From: Syntrophales bacterium
GTDB taxonomy: Bacteria > Desulfobacterota > Syntrophia > Syntrophales > UBA6807
DNA length: 64,000 nt
Direction: 5' to 3'
Assembly (NCBI GenBank): GCA_040767195.1
Contig: JAXGPA010000007.1
Span: 1 to 64,000, forward strand
Below, one piece after another: positions 17,960-28,106 of this stretch. The notes beneath the pieces are model-generated. The model made no database searches and was not told the origin of the DNA. It saw only the letters and a program-made list of their open reading frames with translations. Positions within the stretch are counted from its first letter, which is position 1, and each line of letters opens with the position of its first letter. The position numbers and the translations under genes are program-made.

Positions 17960-20625
17960 ACCTCGCACAGGTTCCGGCCGGCTTTCTTGGCCCGGTACAT
18001 GGCGATGTCGGCGTATTGCACGAGGACGTCGGGATCCTCGCTGTGGAGGGGATAAAGGGCGACTCCCAGGCTTGTCGTTATGGAGAGGGAACGGGCGCCG
18101 CAGGTCAGCGGGTTTCGGACGGCGGCCACGATCTTTTCCCCCACCGTCCGGGCGCCCGCCTCCGTCTTGATGTCCGGCGCGACGATCATGAACTCGTCTC
18201 CCCCCATTCGGGCGATCGTATCCCCCCGGCGAAGGCTCTCTTTCAGTCTTTCCGCTACCGCCTGGAGCAGAAGATCGCCCACGGGATGCCCGAGGGTGTC
18301 GTTGACTTCCTTGAACTTGTCCAGGTCCAGCATGATGACCGCCACCATGGTGCCCGACCGGCGCGCCCCGGCGATGGCCATGGACAGCCGGTCCTGGAAG
18401 AGGAACCGGTTGGGCAGGCCCGTGAGAACATCGTGATAGGCCAGGTTTCGAATGGTCTCCTCGGAGCGGATTCGTTCCGTGATGTCTCTCAGGATGCCCC
18501 GGAACCCCGTGATTTTTCCCGAGCCGTCCCGGATGAGCGAGATGGAGATCTCCACGGAACGCTTCTCCCCGTCTTTTCGATAGACCGCCCACTCGATCCC
18601 GTGGCAGGGTTCCCCCGTTTCATAGACCTTGTAACAGGCCAGCCAGATCTTCTGCCCGTTTTCACGGTCCGTGAACCTCCTGAAGCTTCTTCCCAGGATT
18701 TCCTCCCTGGGAAAGGCGAGGATTCGAAGCAGGGGGTCGTTGACGAAGGTGATCCGGCCGGCGGCGTCCGCCTCGTAGTATCCGTCCTCGATGGTTTCGA
18801 TGATGTTGCGGTATCTCTCCTCGTTTTCCCGGAGCGCCGCCTCGGCCCTCTTTCGATCCGAGATGTCCCGGTAGATGGCGTAGACGCCGATCTGTCCGTC
18901 GTCGATCCGGATGGGCGTTGCCAGGATGGACACTTCTATGAGGTCGCCATCCTTGTTTTTCCGCACTGTTTCGACGGAAACGGGGGCGCCGTCGCAGACT
19001 TGCCGGGTGAGATGGATCGCCTCCACGGTGCGGTCCGGGGGAATAATGAGATCGTCTACCGATTTCCCGTCGATTTCCCGGGGGGTGTATCCGAACAGCC
19101 GGGTAAAGTGCCGATTCACCTTCAGGAGGGTTCCCCGGGGGTCCGTCAGGATAACGGCCTCTGGCGCGGTTTCGAAAAGCTCATCCATGCGGGCCTTTTC
19201 GATTTTAAGCAGCGTTTCCATGCGCTTCTGGTCCGTGATGTCACGGATCGTCTCGATGGCCCCGGCGATGGTTCCTTTGCCGTCGTAAATGGGGGACGCC
19301 TTGAGCCACAGGAAGCGCTTTTCTCCCTTCGGGGAGAGGAATTCCATCTCGGCGATTAAAAGTGAGCCCTTTTTCTCAAACCGGGTGTAAGCGTTTTCTT
19401 CGATCTCTTCCGGGGACAGGACGAAATCGATGAGAATGGGCCTTTTTTCCCCGTGGAAAGGCACCGCGTAGGCCTGGTCCTTTTTCCCGATGATGTCCTT
19501 CGCCCTGATGCCTGTCATTTCCTCGATGGCCCGGTTCCAGGCGACCACTTTTTTTTCCCCGTCGATGACGAAGGTGGCATCGGGGAGAAAATCGATGATT
19601 TCTCGAAATCTCCGTTCCGACTCACGGAGAGATTCCTCGGCCCCGATTTTTTCCGTGATGTCCATGGAGTTTCCTAAAATGGCCGGTTTCCCCTCGAAGA
19701 GGATCGGTGTCAGGGTTTCCATGATCCACCGGATTTTTCCGTCCTTTCGCAGGATGCGGAATTCATAGGGGGCCGTCCTGTGTCCCCTGAGCATGCCAAG
19801 GGCATTTTTTTTTGCTTCCGGGCGGTCTTCCGGAAGGACGACGGTCATGGATTCTCTGCCCGTCATTTCCTCCGGTTCGTATCCGGCATAGGAGGCCGCT
19901 TTCGGGTTGATGTAGCGAAAACGGCCTTTCTGGACGACATACACACCGGCGAAGGAACGTTCGGCGAGGACGCGGTAAAGATGGGAGGACTGCTCCTGCC
20001 GGAAGAGAAGGTCGCGGAAACGGTCGATGGGAGGGCCGGTCTGTTCGGGCGAGGTGGCAGATGACGGTGAAAGGAAAAGGGGGTTTCGAACCAGGCGCTC
20101 CTCCCGGACGAACCCTTCATGGCACAGGAGAGCCTGGTAGAGGAAAGAAGCGGGGAAGGTCTCTTCATCGAAGAGGCATCCGATGACAAGGGATTTCTCC
20201 CGGGTCATCCGATCCAGTTCCCCCTCGAAGCGGGCCAGGCGTTCCGGTTCGGTGAGAGGCGTGTAAAGGGCCAGCGCCTCGAGAAGGACCCATGACGGGC
20301 CCCTCGCGGAAGATGTCGCGTCACCGATGGCCTCCAGGATGCTTTCGAGGGCGGAAGCCTCGTTACGGCTGTTTTTTACGTCCGGATTGAGATAACGGAG
20401 CCCGTTGCCGGTGATGCGCTCCCATTCGTCTCTTTTTTCAACGGCGAGAGAAGAGCGGAGCAGCCTTTCCGTTTCCGGGGTCAGGCAGAGAAGGCAGGAT
20501 TTGCCCGATGTCAGGCCGTGATGGACAAAGGGCAGAAATTGTTCCGCGGCCTCGTTACCCCGGGAGCCGGAAAGATAAAAATGGACGGGGCGGGAGAGTG
20601 TTTCTTGCCAGTTCGAGAAGATCAT
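17941..20625 (-). CDS. Diguanylate cyclase with N-terminal MEDS-like domain and four PAS domains
   Basis: N-terminal MEDS-like region, 4 PAS/PAC, 'AYHDVLTGLPNR', RxxD I-site (RRGD) and intact GGDEF; 3' end overlaps the ygiQ 3' end by 19 bp. Confidence 0.9.
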   Translation of the reverse strand: MIFSNWQETLSRPVHFYLSGSRGNEAAEQFLPFVHHGLTSGKSCLLCLTPETERLLRSSLAVEKRDEWERITGNGLRYLNPDVKNSRNEASALESILEAIGDATSSARGPSWVLLEALALYTPLTEPERLARFEGELDRMTREKSLVIGCLFDEETFPASFLYQALLCHEGFVREERLVRNPLFLSPSSATSPEQTGPPIDRFRDLLFRQEQSSHLYRVLAERSFAGVYVVQKGRFRYINPKAASYAGYEPEEMTGRESMTVVLPEDRPEAKKNALGMLRGHRTAPYEFRILRKDGKIRWIMETLTPILFEGKPAILGNSMDITEKIGAEESLRESERRFREIIDFLPDATFVIDGEKKVVAWNRAIEEMTGIRAKDIIGKKDQAYAVPFHGEKRPILIDFVLSPEEIEENAYTRFEKKGSLLIAEMEFLSPKGEKRFLWLKASPIYDGKGTIAGAIETIRDITDQKRMETLLKIEKARMDELFETAPEAVILTDPRGTLLKVNRHFTRLFGYTPREIDGKSVDDLIIPPDRTVEAIHLTRQVCDGAPVSVETVRKNKDGDLIEVSILATPIRIDDGQIGVYAIYRDISDRKRAEAALRENEERYRNIIETIEDGYYEADAAGRITFVNDPLLRILAFPREEILGRSFRRFTDRENGQKIWLACYKVYETGEPCHGIEWAVYRKDGEKRSVEISISLIRDGSGKITGFRGILRDITERIRSEETIRNLAYHDVLTGLPNRFLFQDRLSMAIAGARRSGTMVAVIMLDLDKFKEVNDTLGHPVGDLLLQAVAERLKESLRRGDTIARMGGDEFMIVAPDIKTEAGARTVGEKIVAAVRNPLTCGARSLSITTSLGVALYPLHSEDPDVLVQYADIAMYRAKKAGRNLCEVYRGDP

Positions 20626-20814
20626 CGGCGGGCGATCACAGGGATGCCGTCCGCGGTAAAGACGGGATTCCTTTACCGTCTTTCCGGGACCGTGATGATG
20701 GCTCTTCTTCTCTGTGGCCGCTCTTCATGGCCCTATTCCCCCTCCGGGTTTCGTTACTGTATTCGAGGAAAGAATGTCAAGGATAAAAAGAGATCTTGAC
20801 AGGAAGGACCGTGA

Positions 20815-20841
20815 GTGCTACGAAGTGCAAAAACGTGGCAT
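20815..20841 (+). promoter_or_regulatory. Putative NikR operator (autoregulatory) overlapping the nikR promoter
   Basis: GTGCTAC-N13-GTGGCAT; TTGACA at 20796-20801 upstream; near-identical box at 21349-21375. Confidence 0.7.
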
Positions 20842-20851
20842 GAAAAATCCT

Positions 20852-21268
20852 ATGGCGGAAATCGTTCGATTCGGCGTCTCTCTCGATAGAAAACTTCTCG
20901 ATCGGTTCGACGCCCTGATTCGGGAAAAGAATTACACCAACCGCTCCGAGGCGCTCAGGGACCTCATTCGGCAGGAACTGGTCCTGAAAGCCTGGGGCGA
21001 GGATCGGAACGTGGCCGGGGCGATCACCTACGTTTACGACCATCACCAGCGTGAACTGCTGAACCGGATCCTGGACATTCAGCACGATTTTCAAAACCTC
21101 ATCATTTCCAGCCAGCATGTTCACCTGGACCATGACAACTGCCTGGAAATCGTGGCGGTCCGGGGAAAGGCCAGCGAGATAAATCATCTGGCCGACATGC
21201 TCCGGGCGGTGAAAGGGGTCCGGCACGGAACGCTGAGCATGTCCGGCACCGGGGAAGGCCAAACGTAG
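20852..21268 (+). CDS. nikR: Nickel-responsive regulator NikR
   Basis: RHH 'VRFGVSL...YTNRSEALRDLIR', 'YDHH', 'HVHLDHDNCLE' Ni site. Confidence 0.95.
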   Translation: MAEIVRFGVSLDRKLLDRFDALIREKNYTNRSEALRDLIRQELVLKAWGEDRNVAGAITYVYDHHQRELLNRILDIQHDFQNLIISSQHVHLDHDNCLEIVAVRGKASEINHLADMLRAVKGVRHGTLSMSGTGEGQT

Positions 21269-21348
21269 ACAGGAAAGGGATCCACGACGTTCAGAATAAA
21301 GGCGGTCCTTCCTGAATGCTTGCAAAAAGCGTTTTTTTAGCTTTCGTG

Positions 21349-21375
21349 GTGTTACGATTATAGTATTAGTGGCAT
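21349..21375 (+). promoter_or_regulatory. Putative NikR operator upstream of the Ni/Co uptake operon
   Basis: GTGTTAC-N13-GTGGCAT, same spacing as the box before nikR and only one half-site difference. Confidence 0.72.
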
Positions 21376-21439
21376 CGCAAACATTGAAGTCAGTCATACC
21401 CGGCAGGAAGAACGCTCATTTTAACCGAAGGAGGAAAGG

Positions 21440-22210
21440 ATGTCGGGAAAATTCCTTAAAACAGCTCTTTTGTCCGTCTTTCTGACCCTGTTTACCTGGG
21501 GAAGCGCCCTGGCCCATTTCGGCATGATCATTCCGTCGAAGCAGATGATTGTTTCGGGGGATACCGGCGCCGTTCACCTGGATGTCATGTTCGCCCATCC
21601 CGTGGAGAAGACAGGGCTCGACATGGAGAAACCTGTGGCCTTCGGGGTTTTCCATGACGGGAAAAATCTGGATCTTCTCGACTCGCTGAAACCCGTGACG
21701 ATGATGGGAAAGAAAGCCTGGGAAGCCGAATATCGGGTCAAGCGGCCGGGGGTCCATGTTTTTTACATGGAACCGAAACCCTATTTCGAACCGGCGGAGG
21801 ATGTTTACATCGTTCACTACACCAAGGTCGTGGTGGCGGCCTACGGTCTCGAGGCGGGCTGGGACGGGGAACTGGGTCTCAAGACGGAAATCGTGCCCCT
21901 GTCGAGACCTTTCGGTCTTTATGGGGGGAACGTCTTTCAGGGAATCGTCAAGGTCAGGGGAAAGGCCGTGCCGTACGCCGAGGTGGAGGTGGAATGCTAC
22001 GATCCCGGGAGCGCGGAAGGCGTGAAGGTGCAGAATGAATACATGGTGACCCAGGTCGTCAAGGCCGACGGGAACGGCGTCTTCACCTACGGGGTGCCCC
22101 GGGCCGGGTGGTGGGGGTTTGCCGCGCTCAACACCGATGACCGTCAGATCCAGGGAAAGGATGTCGAAATCGGCGCGGTCCTCTGGGTCCATTTTCTCGA
22201 GATGCCCTGA
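21440..22210 (+). CDS. DUF4198 periplasmic Ni/Co uptake-associated protein (NikK-like)
   Basis: Signal peptide then 'AHFGMIIPS', 'FAHP', '[11 protein letters not shown]', 'GWWGFAAL'. Confidence 0.85.
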   Translation: MSGKFLKTALLSVFLTLFTWGSALAHFGMIIPSKQMIVSGDTGAVHLDVMFAHPVEKTGLDMEKPVAFGVFHDGKNLDLLDSLKPVTMMGKKAWEAEYRVKRPGVHVFYMEPKPYFEPAEDVYIVHYTKVVVAAYGLEAGWDGELGLKTEIVPLSRPFGLYGGNVFQGIVKVRGKAVPYAEVEVECYDPGSAEGVKVQNEYMVTQVVKADGNGVFTYGVPRAGWWGFAALNTDDRQIQGKDVEIGAVLWVHFLEMP

Positions 22211-22333
22211 CGGAAGGGTCTCGTGAAAGGCCTGTTTTGCGGCGTTTCTTCCCGGATGAAGGGGGATGGACCCGTGAAAAAACAAAACGCTTGTTTTCAG
22301 ACGCCTTTTGCAGGGCCTTGAAAGGCCGTTGAC

Positions 22334-22933
22334 ATGCACATTTCCGAGGGTGTCCTTGCCATGCCCCTGCTGGTGGCGGGCGTCGCGGCGGCCGCGGCGG
22401 GTGTCACCGCAGGGGTGAAAAAAATGGACAGCGAGTCCGTTCCCAAGGTGGCCGTTCTCTCGTCGGCCTTTTTCGTGGCGTCCCTTGTCCACGTTCCCGT
22501 GGGACCGGCGAGCGTTCATCTCGTCCTGAACGGCCTCGTGGGGCTCCTCCTGGGCTGGTCCGCCTTTCCCGCGATTTTCGTGGCCCTCTCCCTCCAGGCC
22601 CTTCTGTTTCAATACGGGGGGTGGACGACCATCGGGATCAACACGGTGAACATGGCCCTGCCCGCGATACTTTCCTGCTATCTCTTTCACGGCGCCGTCC
22701 GGCGGGCGGAGCCGAAACGGTCCGCCGTGGCGGGATTCGGGGCCGGTTTTCTTTCCGTCGCCCTGAGCGGCCTTCTCGTGGCCCTGACCCTCGCCGCTTC
22801 CGAAAAGGCCTTTCTTGCACCGGCAAAGGTGATTTTTCTGGCCCATCTTCCCATCATGGTGATCGAGGGAATCATGACATCCGTCTGCATCCTGTTTCTC
22901 AGGAAGGTGAAGCCGGAAATGCTGGAGGTGTGA
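22334..22933 (+). CDS. cbiM: ECF-type Ni/Co transporter substrate component CbiM/NikM
   Basis: MHISEG N-terminus, 'SVHLVLNGLVG', 'LQALLFQYGG'. Confidence 0.92.
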   Translation: MHISEGVLAMPLLVAGVAAAAAGVTAGVKKMDSESVPKVAVLSSAFFVASLVHVPVGPASVHLVLNGLVGLLLGWSAFPAIFVALSLQALLFQYGGWTTIGINTVNMALPAILSCYLFHGAVRRAEPKRSAVAGFGAGFLSVALSGLLVALTLAASEKAFLAPAKVIFLAHLPIMVIEGIMTSVCILFLRKVKPEMLEV

Positions 22934-22937
22934 TCGC

Positions 22938-23465
22938 ATGCTTTTCCGCCAGACAGGTTTGTTTACCTTCTTTTTATCTTTTATTTTCCTGCTTCTGGGC
23001 TATTCCCCGGCGGCGGCGCACAGCGTGAAGGTCTTCGCCTTCGAGGAGGGCGGACGGATTTACGGGGAAGGGTACTTTGCCGACGGCACCCGGGTCCGGG
23101 AGTCGAAAGTCGAGGTCTTCGACAGGGAGGGGCGGAAACTTCTCGAAACGCAGACCGATGGAAATGGCGCCTTCGCGTTTCCCGCTCCCGGCGAAAGGAA
23201 TGTGGTCATCGTGCTCAACGCTTCCATGGGGCATCGGGCCGAATTCGCCCTTTCGCTGGATGCCGTGAAACCGGCCGGTATCGACGACCGGGCTCAAGAG
23301 GCCTCGGCGGCGGGTTCCGGCGGGCCGGGAGAGGCGGTCCCCGCTGCGAAAAGAGACAATCCTTCCTTTGTTGAAATTATCGGAGGGATCGGGTATATCG
23401 TGGGCCTTTTCGGCGTCCTTCTTTTCTGGAAAGTGCGGCGGGAAAAAAGAAACCATGCTCGATGA
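22938..23465 (+). CDS. NikL/CbiL-like accessory component
   Basis: Signal peptide, 'AHSVKVFA...GEGYFADG', 'MGHRAEF', C-terminal TM 'GGIGYIVGLFG'. Confidence 0.75.
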   Translation: MLFRQTGLFTFFLSFIFLLLGYSPAAAHSVKVFAFEEGGRIYGEGYFADGTRVRESKVEVFDREGRKLLETQTDGNGAFAFPAPGERNVVIVLNASMGHRAEFALSLDAVKPAGIDDRAQEASAAGSGGPGEAVPAAKRDNPSFVEIIGGIGYIVGLFGVLLFWKVRREKRNHAR

Positions 23466-24207
23466 ACCCTGCGCAGTCAACGGGAGACGGACCTTTCTCC
23501 ACCGGCTCGACCCGAGGACGAAAATTCTCGGCTCCCTGGCATTTTCCTTTTTCGCCGCCTCGATCGACGCCCTTCCGGCGGCTTTTACCGCGTTTTTCTT
23601 TTCCCTGTTCGTCCTGGCCCTGGCGAGACCGCCGCTGGGGAGAACGGCCGTCCTTCTTTCCGCCGCTAACGGTTTTATCCTTTTTCTATGGCTGTTTCTG
23701 CCCTTTTCGATCCCCGGCGAGACCGCTTTCCTTTTCGGTCCGTTCCGGCCGACCTGGGAAGGGATCGAAAGGGCCGCGCTCCTGACGGTGCGTTCCAACG
23801 CCATACTGTGTTTCACCCTGGCCTTCGTGACGGCGACGCCGGTGGCCGGCATCGCCCAGGGCCTGAGGGGCCTCGGCGTTCCGGAAAAGCTTGTTTCCCT
23901 TTTCTTTTTCACATACCGGTATGCCCTGGAAATCGGGAAGGAATATTCACGAATCCTGAAAGCCGCCGAAATTCGGTGCTTCCGTCCCCGGACGAACATG
24001 CACACGTATCGCCATGTGGCCTATCTCGTGGGCATGCTTCTCGTGAACAGCTACGAGAGAGGCCTTCGGGTCCGTTCCGCCATGGTGTGCCGCGGATTCC
24101 GGGGAAGGTTACCCGTTCTGGAACCCGCCGTGGTAAAAAAATCCGATGTTTTTTCCCTGGTTGTCCTGGCCTTCGTCATTTTTACCGTGGGGGTGATCCA
24201 TGGCTGA
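23455..24207 (+). CDS. cbiQ: ECF transmembrane T component CbiQ/NikQ
   Basis: 'LHRLDPRTKI', 'FTYRY', 'AMVCRGF'. Confidence 0.9.
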   Translation: MLDEPCAVNGRRTFLHRLDPRTKILGSLAFSFFAASIDALPAAFTAFFFSLFVLALARPPLGRTAVLLSAANGFILFLWLFLPFSIPGETAFLFGPFRPTWEGIERAALLTVRSNAILCFTLAFVTATPVAGIAQGLRGLGVPEKLVSLFFFTYRYALEIGKEYSRILKAAEIRCFRPRTNMHTYRHVAYLVGMLLVNSYERGLRVRSAMVCRGFRGRLPVLEPAVVKKSDVFSLVVLAFVIFTVGVIHG

Positions 24208-24937
24208 CCGTCTCCTCGAACTCGAATCCGTTTCCTGTGGTTACCGGGGAGGAGAGGCCGTACTCAGGGACGTGTCCTTCGCCCTTCGGGAAAAGCGGCG
24301 GGTCGCCGTCATCGGTCCCAACGGAAGCGGCAAGACCACTCTTTTTCACGTTATCATGGGGCTTATCAAGCCCCATGCGGGAAGACTGCAGGTTTTCGGC
24401 CGGCCCATCGAAGGGGAAAAGGATTTTTTCTTCGTCCGCCGGCAGGTGGGCTATCTTTTCCAGAATTCCGATGACCAGCTCTTCTGCCCCACCGTCCTCG
24501 AGGACGTGGCCTTCGGCCCGCTGAACCTGGGTAAAAGCCCTGACGAGGCCCGGCGGGTGGTCCGGGAAACCCTTTCTCTTCTGGGGATTGAGGCGTTCGA
24601 GAACCGGATCGGTTACCGGCTCTCTCACGGGGAGAAAAAGCTCGTCGCCCTGGCCACGGTGCTGGCCATGAACCCCCGGGTCCTCATCCTCGACGAACCG
24701 ACGGCGGGCCTGGACAGGGACACGACGGAACGGATTGTCGCCATCCTGAACGATCTCAGGCTCCCGTCCATCATCACCTCCCATGACCTGGACTTTCTGG
24801 ACCGGGTGACCGACGAGACCTGGGTTCTCAGGGACGGACGCCTGGTTCCTGCGGTTGAACACACCCTCCATGCCCACTACCACGTTCACCGGGCGGGCGG
24901 TCATCCTCACCGCCACGCCCATCTGGATGAGGACTGA
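24200..24937 (+). CDS. cbiO: ECF ATPase CbiO/NikO with His-rich C-tail
   Basis: GPNGSGKT, 'FQNSDDQLF', LSHGE, DEPT; tail HTLHAHYHVHRAGGHPHRHAH. Confidence 0.9.
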   Translation: MADRLLELESVSCGYRGGEAVLRDVSFALREKRRVAVIGPNGSGKTTLFHVIMGLIKPHAGRLQVFGRPIEGEKDFFFVRRQVGYLFQNSDDQLFCPTVLEDVAFGPLNLGKSPDEARRVVRETLSLLGIEAFENRIGYRLSHGEKKLVALATVLAMNPRVLILDEPTAGLDRDTTERIVAILNDLRLPSIITSHDLDFLDRVTDETWVLRDGRLVPAVEHTLHAHYHVHRAGGHPHRHAHLDED

Positions 24938-25078
24938 CCGGCGAGAGCCGTCGGGGACCGGCCTGGTTTTAGGGGATCGGGCGATCCTCGGGGAGGCAGC
25001 CCCCGGGACGTTCGCTGAAAAAAGTTTCAGGGCTTCACAGGGCCGGGGCGTACGGTGGATCCTGAAAATGACCGCGGC

Positions 25079-26404
25079 TCAGAAAACGAGGATGTTTCCC
25101 GTCTGGCTGTTCCGGCTTTTCCGCTTCTGCAGGGGAACATAGTCCCGCGTCGCCCGGCCGATGTAAACCTGCCGGGGACGGTGAAGCTTGCTCCGGGTGT
25201 CGTCCTGGCTCTCCTTCCACTGGCTGATCCATCCGGGCAGGCGCCCGATGGCGAACATGACGGTGAACATGTCCAGGGGGATCCCCAGGGCCCGAAGGAT
25301 GATGCCGCTGTAAAAATCCACGTTCGGGTACAGCTGGTGCTCGATGAAATAGGGGTCGCTCAGGGCCGTTTCCTCCAGGCGCCTCGCAATGTCGAGGAGC
25401 GGGTCGTACCGGTTGATCTTGGACAGGACCCTGTCGCACATCTCCTTCATGATTTTTCCCCGGGGGTCGTAGTTCTTGTAAACGCTGTGCCCGAATCCCA
25501 TGAGCCGGAAGGGGTCTTCCCGATCCCGAGCCTTTTCCAGGAAAGGGTTCAGGTCACCCCCGCTGTCGTGAATGGCCTGGAGCATCTCCACCACTGCCTG
25601 GTTGGCGCCGCCGTGGAGGGGTCCCCACAGGGCGCTGATGCCGGCGGAGATGGCGGCGTAGAGGTTGACCCGGGCGCTCCCGACAAGACGGACCGCCGAG
25701 GTGGAACAGTTCTGTTCGTGGTCGGCGTGGAGAATCCAGAAGACGTTAAGGGCCCGGACCAGGTCATCGTCCAGGGTGTAGGGCTTCACCGGAGAGTCAA
25801 ACATCATGTTCAGGAAATTGGCAGGGTAACTCAGGTGAATGGACGGATAGTTTATGGGAAGCCCCATGGAAATCCGGTACGACAGGGCCGCCAGCGTCCG
25901 AAGCTTGGAAAGGAGCCGGGCGAAGGTGATTCGGATTTCTTCCGCCTCCGACCGTTCGGGAAGTTCCGGGTAGAAGGCCCTGAGGGCATTGACCATGGAG
26001 GCGAGGATTCCCATGGGGTGGGCGCCTTTCGGGTAGCGCTCGAAGAAATGGCGCATGTCTTCGTGGACGAGAGAATGTTCATTCAGCTTGGACGAAAAAG
26101 CGGACAGTTCCTCCTCGGTGGGAAGTTCGCCGGTGATGAGAAGATAGGCCGTTTCGACGAATGTCGAGTGCTCCGCCAGCTGTTCGATGGGGATTCCCCG
26201 GTATCGGAGGATGCCCCGCTCGCCGTCCATGAAGGTAATGCCGCTTATGCAGCTTCCCGTGTTGTGATAACCCGGATCGAGGGTGACGAGGCCCGTGAGC
26301 TCGCGTAGATGGGAGATGTCGACGGCGTAGTTTCCCTCCGTCGCCTCGATGATCGGCAGTTCGTAAGTTTTCCCCTCTACGATAAGTTTCGCCGTTTTTT
26401 CCAT
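25079..26404 (-). CDS. gltA: Citrate synthase (type II/GltA-like)
   Basis: 'LHADHEQNCSTS', 'WGPLHGGAN', 'LMGFGH', 'YPNVDFYSG', 'RPRQVYIG'. Confidence 0.95.
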   Translation of the reverse strand: MEKTAKLIVEGKTYELPIIEATEGNYAVDISHLRELTGLVTLDPGYHNTGSCISGITFMDGERGILRYRGIPIEQLAEHSTFVETAYLLITGELPTEEELSAFSSKLNEHSLVHEDMRHFFERYPKGAHPMGILASMVNALRAFYPELPERSEAEEIRITFARLLSKLRTLAALSYRISMGLPINYPSIHLSYPANFLNMMFDSPVKPYTLDDDLVRALNVFWILHADHEQNCSTSAVRLVGSARVNLYAAISAGISALWGPLHGGANQAVVEMLQAIHDSGGDLNPFLEKARDREDPFRLMGFGHSVYKNYDPRGKIMKEMCDRVLSKINRYDPLLDIARRLEETALSDPYFIEHQLYPNVDFYSGIILRALGIPLDMFTVMFAIGRLPGWISQWKESQDDTRSKLHRPRQVYIGRATRDYVPLQKRKSRNSQTGNILVF

Positions 26405-26613
26405 GGTGACGCCTCTTCCTGCGGTGTTGTCGAAGCAAAAACATATAACAAAAAATAAAATGTTTGACCATAAAATAATCCGGTGAATCCGCGGGCGTCT
26501 CTCGTTGGGGTCCGCCTGGCCCGCCGGCTCGGGGATGTGACGGCGTTTCATCGGGATGGCATGTCGGTAAGGGGCGGGGTTTCAATCGTCAAGGGGTTTC
26601 CGTCTTCCGCCGG

Positions 26614-28089
26614 TCAGGAGCGGGGGACGAAAAACGCCATGGAAGGAAAGTCGTTCAGCTTTTCCGATATTCCCGTGCGCAAAAACCGGTTCACCCAGGA
26701 ATAGATGTTCTGGCGCTGAACGGACCGGCGGAGACCTCTCATTCTCCGGCGTATTTCATTGGGGTCCATGAAACAGGCCTCGTGGATGGCATCGGCCACG
26801 CCCTCGATGTCGTAGGGGTTGACGAGAAGGGCGTATTCGTGGAACTGGGAGGCCGTTCCGGCGAATTCGCTGAGGATCAGGACGCCCTTTTCCTCCGTCT
26901 GGCTCGCGCAGTACTCCTTCGCCACGAGGTTCATGCCGTCCTTGAGAGGGGTGATGAGGGCGATTTCCGATGCCCGGTAGTAGGCGATCAGTTCCTCCCG
27001 GTCGAGGGACCGGTAGATGTAGTGGATGGGCACCCAGCCGACGTCCGTGAACGCTCCGTTGATCTCGCCGATCTGCCGTTCGATTTCCCTTTTCAGGGCA
27101 TCGTATTCCTCCACTTCCGTCCGGCTGGGAACGACGACCTGGACCAGGGTCAGTTTCTTTTTCAGGTCGGGGTAGCGGTTAAGGGCGTTTTCGAAGGCCA
27201 GGAGCCGGTGCGGGATTCCCTTGGTGTAGTCCAGGCGGTCCACGCCGAGAATGAGTTTCGTCCCTTCATGGCTCGACCGGAGGTCTTCCACCCGGGCCGT
27301 CACGGCTTTCGATCGGGCGTGGTCGGCGAATTCCCGGTAATCGATGCTGATGGGAAAGGAGGCGGCCCGGGTTTCCCGGCCTTGGCAGAGGATGCGGCTC
27401 ACGGACGTTCTCCCGGAGATTCGGCATCCCCGGAGGGCCTTCAGGCACCCGATGAAGTTGCGCTGGTCCCGGAGTGTCTGGAAGCCGATGAGATCGTATT
27501 CGAGGAGGTCGTCGAGGATGTCGAAACGCCAGGGAAGCTTCAGAAAGATATCCAGGGGCGGGAAGGGGATGTGAAGAAAAAAACCGGTTTGCCGCTTTAT
27601 CCCCCGCCGTTTCATTTCCCGGGCGGCCGGGATGAGGTGGTAGTCGTGGACCCAGACATAATCGGTGTCCCCGGTGTGTTTCCCGATGGCGTCGGCAAAC
27701 CGCCCGTTCACGCTCCGGTAGGCGGTCCAGTACTCGGGACGGAAATTGCAGTTCGAAAAAAGGTCATGGAAAAGGGGCCAGAGGACTTCATTGGAAAAGC
27801 CGTAATAATAAAGATCTATCTCTTTTTCCGACAGGGACAGGGGCCTGAGCTCGTACCCCGTGTCCTGGCCCTGCTCCGCCAGGAGGGACTCGAGGTGTCG
27901 GCCTCCAGGGGCCTTTTCCGCCGGCAGGCCGGGCCACCCGATCCACAGGCCGCCCCGGTTTTTCAGGACCGGCGCCAGGGCGGTGACAAGGCCGCCCGAA
28001 CCGGGCCGGGCGGTCCAGTTTCCTGCCGCCCCCTTTTGCAGGACCAGGGGCAGGCGGTTGGAAACCACGGCGAGTCGCTTATATTTCAT
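26614..28089 (-). CDS. otsA: Trehalose-6-phosphate synthase
   Basis: 'VVSNRLP', 'GGLV', 'WVHDYHL', 'HIPFP', 'DRLDYTKGI', '[10 protein letters not shown]'; start set at MKYKR (the ORF track extension is spurious). Confidence 0.93.
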   Translation of the reverse strand: MKYKRLAVVSNRLPLVLQKGAAGNWTARPGSGGLVTALAPVLKNRGGLWIGWPGLPAEKAPGGRHLESLLAEQGQDTGYELRPLSLSEKEIDLYYYGFSNEVLWPLFHDLFSNCNFRPEYWTAYRSVNGRFADAIGKHTGDTDYVWVHDYHLIPAAREMKRRGIKRQTGFFLHIPFPPLDIFLKLPWRFDILDDLLEYDLIGFQTLRDQRNFIGCLKALRGCRISGRTSVSRILCQGRETRAASFPISIDYREFADHARSKAVTARVEDLRSSHEGTKLILGVDRLDYTKGIPHRLLAFENALNRYPDLKKKLTLVQVVVPSRTEVEEYDALKREIERQIGEINGAFTDVGWVPIHYIYRSLDREELIAYYRASEIALITPLKDGMNLVAKEYCASQTEEKGVLILSEFAGTASQFHEYALLVNPYDIEGVADAIHEACFMDPNEIRRRMRGLRRSVQRQNIYSWVNRFLRTGISEKLNDFPSMAFFVPRS

Positions 28090-28106
28090 GGTAAGTCCCC
28101 CTTCCT

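Noticed and set aside
21270..21440. Cobalamin riboswitch before the cbiM-like operon
   Set aside because: No B12-box visible; a NikR-type operator explains the region.
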